A DNA stretch of 32,000 nucleotides, from contig NC_007517.1 of assembly GCF_000012925.1 (NCBI RefSeq), positions 1,440,001 to 1,472,000 of the forward strand, given 5' to 3'. Made by a program: the position numbers and the translations under genes. Below, piece after piece: positions 28,719-32,000 of this stretch. The stretch comes from Geobacter metallireducens GS-15 (GTDB taxonomy: Bacteria; Desulfobacterota; Desulfuromonadia; Geobacterales; Geobacteraceae). Numbering within the stretch: the stretch's first letter is position 1; every line of letters starts with the position of its first letter. Below the pieces are notes generated by a model that was given only the letters and a program-made list of their open reading frames with translations, did not search any database and was not told the origin of the DNA.

Positions 28719-29777
28719 TTGACAAAGCGTCTGTTCATGAAAGGGAACGAAGCCCTTGCCATGGCCGCCATTGAGGCCGGGTGCCGCTACTACTTCGGCT
28801 ATCCCATCACTCCCCAGAGCGATATCCCCGAATACATGTCGCGGGAACTCCCCAAGCTTGGCGGCGAATTCATCCAGGCCGAGAGCGAGGTCGCTTCCAT
28901 CAACATGCTTCTCGGCGCCTCGGCCACCGGCGTGCGGGCCATGACCTCGTCATCCAGTCCCGGCATTTCCCTGAAACAGGAGGGGATTTCCTATATGGCC
29001 GGCGCGGAGTTGCCCGGGGTGATCGTCAACATCTGCCGGTCGGGCCCGGGGCTCGGCGGCATCGACGCCTCCCAGGCCGACTACTTTCAAGCGGTCAAGG
29101 GGGGAGGGCATGGCGGCTATCACATCATCGTCCTTGCCCCGGCGTCGGTCCAGGAGATGTATGACCTGACGATGCTCGCCTTTGACCTCGCCGACCTCTA
29201 CCGGATGCCGTCGATGATCCTCGGCGATTCCGTTGTCGGCCAGATGAAGGAGTCGGTCATTCCCAATAAACGCCCCGAGCGGAACCTCCCCCCTAAGGAC
29301 TGGGTCGTCCGCGGCAAGGGGGACGGCGAACAGCGGGTCGTGAAGTCGCTCTATTTGGGGGACGGCGAGTTGGAGGCCCACAACTGGAAGCTTCACGCCC
29401 GGTACGGGGAGCTGAAAGCAAAAGAAGCCCGGTGGGAAGAATTCATGCTCGATGATGCCGAGCTCGTTGTCACGGCCTTCGGTTCGGCCGCCCGTATCGC
29501 CAAGAGTGCCGTCATGGCCGCCCGCGACAAGGGCCTCAAGGTGGGGTTGCTGCGTCCGATAACCCTTTACCCCTTTCCGGAGAAAGCCTTCCTCGCCGCA
29601 ACGGAGCGGTGCAAGAAAGTGCTCGACATCGAGCTCAACGCCGGCCAGATGGTGGAGGACGTCCGTCTCTCCGTAGCCCGCGACGCAGAGGTCTTCTTCT
29701 ACGGCAGGCCCCCGGGGGCTGGTTCTCTCCCTACTCCTGAGGAGTTGCTGGAACAGATCACTAACTATTACGTCTAG
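28719..29777 (+). CDS. 2-oxoacid:ferredoxin oxidoreductase, alpha subunit
   Basis: 352 aa. The N-terminus MKGNEALAMAAIEAGCRYYFGYPITPQS is typical of the POR/KOR/VOR alpha family. The TTG start lies 5 nt after GGAGG. Substrate specificity is not deducible from the sequence alone. Confidence 0.92.
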   Translation: MTKRLFMKGNEALAMAAIEAGCRYYFGYPITPQSDIPEYMSRELPKLGGEFIQAESEVASINMLLGASATGVRAMTSSSSPGISLKQEGISYMAGAELPGVIVNICRSGPGLGGIDASQADYFQAVKGGGHGGYHIIVLAPASVQEMYDLTMLAFDLADLYRMPSMILGDSVVGQMKESVIPNKRPERNLPPKDWVVRGKGDGEQRVVKSLYLGDGELEAHNWKLHARYGELKAKEARWEEFMLDDAELVVTAFGSAARIAKSAVMAARDKGLKVGLLRPITLYPFPEKAFLAATERCKKVLDIELNAGQMVEDVRLSVARDAEVFFYGRPPGAGSLPTPEELLEQITNYYV

Positions 29778-29854
29778 GGGGGATCACCGGGGATGATTTG
29801 ATTGATGGTTTTTTACCGGTCCCCGGTTCCTGATCCCCGATCCCGAGGTTTTTA

Positions 29855-30598
29855 ATGCAACAGGTCTTCAAAAAACCGGTCAGTCTCAAGGATGTCCAGA
29901 CCCACTTTTGCCCCGGCTGCCATCACGGCACCTTTCACCGTCTCGTGGCCGAGGCCATGGACGAGTTCGGCGTCCAGAAGAGGACCATCGGCGTCGCGTC
30001 GGTTGGGTGTTCGGTCTTTCTCTACGGCTATTTTGATATTGACGTGGTCGAAGCTCCCCATGGCCGGGCTCCGGCGGTGGCCACCGGCGTCAAGCGTGCC
30101 CGGCCCGACGCCTTTGTCTTCACCTACCAGGGTGACGGCGACCTGGCCGCCATCGGCACCTCCGAGATCATCCACGCCGCCAACCGTGGCGAGGACATGA
30201 CGGTCATCTTCGTCAACAACACCACCTATGGCATGACCGGTGGCCAGATGGCCCCCACTACCCTTGTGGGGCAGAGGACTTCAACCTCTCCCTACGGGAG
30301 GAACCAGGGGAAGGATGGCGCCCCCATCAGGATGGCCGAGCTCCTTGCCCAACTCGAGGGGGTTGCCTTCTCGGCCAGGGTGGCGGTCAACAATCCCAAG
30401 AACCTCATGGACGCCAAGCGGCAGATCAAGAAGGCGTTCCGGTACCAGGCGGAGGGGAAAGGGTTCTCCTTCATCGAAGCCCTCTCGTCTTGCCCCACCA
30501 ACTGGGGGATGGATCCGATCAAGGCAAACGAGCGCGTTGGTACTGAAATGTGCGCCTATTTTCCGCTTGGAGTATTCAAGAACGCTGCTGACCTCTAG
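29855..30598 (+). CDS. 2-oxoacid:ferredoxin oxidoreductase, beta (TPP-binding) subunit
   Basis: It shows FCPGCHHG and the TPP motif GDGDLAAIGTSEIIHAANRGEDMTVIFVNNTTYGMTGGQ. Confidence 0.93.
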   Translation: MQQVFKKPVSLKDVQTHFCPGCHHGTFHRLVAEAMDEFGVQKRTIGVASVGCSVFLYGYFDIDVVEAPHGRAPAVATGVKRARPDAFVFTYQGDGDLAAIGTSEIIHAANRGEDMTVIFVNNTTYGMTGGQMAPTTLVGQRTSTSPYGRNQGKDGAPIRMAELLAQLEGVAFSARVAVNNPKNLMDAKRQIKKAFRYQAEGKGFSFIEALSSCPTNWGMDPIKANERVGTEMCAYFPLGVFKNAADL

Positions 30599-30640
30599 CG
30601 GACTGCGGCAATCTAGAAATTCTCAAGGAGTTGTGTTCCC

Positions 30641-31195
30641 ATGCGTCATGACGTTTTTATTTCCGGTTTCGGTGGCCAGGGAGTTCTTTTGGCCGGAAAC
30701 CTCCTTGGTTACGCAGCAATGGGGGAGGGGAAGAATGTTTCCTTTTACCCCTCCTACGGGGTCGAGAAGCGCGGCGGTGCCGCCATGTGCACCGTTGTCA
30801 TCGCTGACGGCGAGGTGGGCTCGCCGGTTGTTGGCAATCCATCGGTCTCCGTCATCCTTAACCAGACTTCCTTCGATAAATACGCCTCCCGGGTGAAGCC
30901 GGGCGGCGTCTGCATCGTCAACACCTCTCTTGTGGAAATAGGCGATTTTTCGAGGTCGGATATCGAACTGATCCCCATCCCCATGAACGAAATTGCCATG
31001 CAGTTGGGAGATCTTCGGATGGTCAATATGGTCGCCGTGGGGGCCTACGCCGCAAAGACCGGTGCCGTATCGCTGCAATCCCTTGAAGGTGCCCTGCGCA
31101 AGACGCTCCCCGAGCGCAATCACCGATTCATCCCGGCAAACGTCAGGGCCATCGAAGCCGGTGCTCAGCGGAGCGGAAGTCACTTTTTAAAATAA
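30641..31195 (+). CDS. 2-oxoacid:ferredoxin oxidoreductase, gamma subunit
   Basis: 184 aa. The N-terminus ISGFGGQGVLLAGNLLG and YGVEKRGG are typical of the gamma subunit. Confidence 0.9.
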   Translation: MRHDVFISGFGGQGVLLAGNLLGYAAMGEGKNVSFYPSYGVEKRGGAAMCTVVIADGEVGSPVVGNPSVSVILNQTSFDKYASRVKPGGVCIVNTSLVEIGDFSRSDIELIPIPMNEIAMQLGDLRMVNMVAVGAYAAKTGAVSLQSLEGALRKTLPERNHRFIPANVRAIEAGAQRSGSHFLK

Positions 31196-31208
31196 TCTGA
31201 AAAAACCG

Positions 31209-31238
31209 TTGACAGGGTTCGGGATCGTTTGCTATAAG
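31209..31238 (+). promoter_or_regulatory. Candidate sigma-70 promoter of the tRNA-Gln/tRNA-Glu pair (TTGACA-18 nt-TATAAG)
   Basis: A perfect -35 TTGACA lies at 31209-31214 and -10 TATAAG at 31233-31238, about 15 nt before the tRNA 5' end. Confidence 0.55.
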
Positions 31239-31253
31239 GATGATCCTTGCTCT

Positions 31254-31328
31254 TGGGGTGTCGCCAAGCGGTAAGGCACCGGATTTTGATTCCGGCATTC
31301 CCAGGTTCGAATCCTGGCACCCCAGCCA
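31254..31328 (+). tRNA. tRNA-Gln (anticodon UUG)
   Basis: The cloverleaf was folded by hand. The acceptor pairs TGGGGTG with CACCCCA, with discriminator G and an encoded CCA. The anticodon stem is CCGGA/TCCGG with loop TTTTGAT, giving anticodon TTG at 31286-31288. The T-loop is GGTTCGAATCC. Confidence 0.95.
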
Positions 31329-31389
31329 CTACCAACACATGCAAGCGAGGGTGGAAGATAATCCGGCGCAGCACGCGAAATACAGTTTC

Positions 31390-31464
31390 GGTCCCATCGT
31401 CTAGCGGTTAGGACACCGGCCTTTCACGTCGGTAACAGGGGTTCAAGTCCCCTTGGGATCACCA
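31390..31464 (+). tRNA. tRNA-Glu (anticodon UUC)
   Basis: The acceptor pairs GGTCCCA with TGGGATC (one G-U pair), with discriminator A and an encoded CCA. The D-arm is GTCTAGCGGTTAGGAC. The anticodon loop CTTTCAC gives anticodon TTC. The T-arm is AGGGGTTCAAGTCCCCT. Confidence 0.95.
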
Positions 31465-31469
31465 TACGA

Positions 31470-31506
31470 AGCGGCAAACCTTTTTGAAGGGTTGCCGCTT
31501 TTTTTA
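31470..31506 (+). terminator. Intrinsic terminator of the tRNA pair
   Basis: AGCGGCAAACC (31470-31480) pairs with GGGTTGCCGCT (31489-31499), 11 bp with one mismatch. A run of seven T follows. Confidence 0.8.
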
Positions 31507-32000
31507 GGTTCTTCAGGGAATTCCGGGGAAGATTAATAAACAACAACGGCAGCACTGCGGTATCTTGATGGTTCCCCAACCAAAAAAGATCGCAGGAGGC
31601 TGCCGTTGTCGTATTCCGATGTTATCGCAATTGCGGGAGGGTGGGAAGGATATCGTGTTGCTGGGGCACGCACTATCGTCACAAGTGATGCCAAACGGAT
31701 CGAGGTAGAACTGATTGCCCTGTCCCAGGATGAGATGGTGTGTGGCTCGTGCGGTGGGCGTTGCACAAGCGTCCATGAAACGACCAAGCGCGTAATTCGA
31801 GATTTGCCGATTCTCGATGCTCAGACTTATCTGATCGTTCACCGCCGCAGGCTGCTGTGCCCTCAGTGTGGGCCAACGCTGGAGCGTCTGTCATGGCTGG
31901 CGAAATACGCCCGCGTGACGCGCAGGCTTGCAGAGAGCGTAGCGCGACTGTGTGGTGTCGTGTCTGTGAAGCACGTGGCGCAGTATCTGGGGCTTTCTTG
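31507..32000 (+). mobile_element. ISL3-family insertion sequence, left end (continues beyond the window)
   Basis: The putative terminal inverted repeat begins GGTTCTTCAGGGAATTCC at 31507. This resembles the GGCTCTTC-type ends I remember for ISL3 elements. About 100 nt of leader follows, then the ISL3 transposase ORF. The AT-rich octamer TTTTTTTA immediately precedes the element. Confidence 0.7.
31606..32000 (+). CDS. ISL3-family transposase, N-terminal 131 codons (3' end outside the window)
   Basis: This is my own translation; the ORF is not in the supplied track. A TTG start lies 6 nt after AGGAGG. The product reads LSYSDVIAIAGGWEGYRVAGARTIVTSDAKRIEVELIALSQDEMVCGSCGGRCTSVHETTKRVIRDLPILDAQTYLIVHRRRLLCPQCGPTLERLSWLAKYARVTRRLAESVARLCGVVSVKHVAQYLGLS. 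It shows the zf-ISL3 pattern CxxC...H...R.IRDLP....RR..C..CG...E.L.W, followed by the HTH segment. Confidence 0.85.
   Translation, partial: MSYSDVIAIAGGWEGYRVAGARTIVTSDAKRIEVELIALSQDEMVCGSCGGRCTSVHETTKRVIRDLPILDAQTYLIVHRRRLLCPQCGPTLERLSWLAKYARVTRRLAESVARLCGVVSVKHVAQYLGLS

Overview
This window is mostly core genome with high G+C (about 55-60 % by eye). The gene order looks Geobacter/Desulfuromonadales-like; that is an inference from remembered synteny, not a search.

Left third: an LPS / sigma-54 / regulatory-PTS supercluster, kdsD(partial)-kdsC-lptC-lptA-lptB-rpoN-hpf-hprK-rapZ-EIIA(Man)-ptsH-ptsI.

Middle: metK; a convergent OmpR-type response regulator with a minimal membrane histidine kinase; an NMO/FabK-like flavin oxidoreductase; ahcY; oligoendopeptidase F; a stand-alone Smr protein; and a class II (B12) ribonucleotide reductase preceded by tandem NrdR-type boxes.

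Right third: a seven-gene co-directional array (GAF-GGDEF cyclase, beta-helix lipoprotein, class-V PLP enzyme, small lipoprotein, PIN-PhoH ATPase, tsaD, rsmA). It is followed by a MucR/Ros regulator divergent from a four-subunit 2-oxoacid:ferredoxin oxidoreductase operon, then tRNA-Gln(UUG) and tRNA-Glu(UUC). The window ends in the left end of an ISL3-family insertion sequence that runs off the edge; its transposase ORF is not in the supplied ORF track.

Many neighbouring genes overlap at stop/start: kdsD/kdsC, lptA/lptB, ptsH/ptsI, HK/RR, GGDEF/beta-helix, PhoH/tsaD and tsaD/rsmA. I saw no CRISPR array, rRNA, prophage or recognisable defence genes.

I do not see a convincing undescribed multi-gene system here. 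The best leads are modest:
- the cyclase translationally coupled to a secreted beta-helix lipoprotein;
- the PIN-PhoH/tsaD/rsmA coupling;
- an AT-rich 355-bp spacer with an orphan ORF inside the kdsC-lptC junction;
- an 11-nt repeat triplet bracketing the metK terminator;
- the tRNA-adjacent IS, which suggests any accessory DNA lies beyond coordinate 32000.
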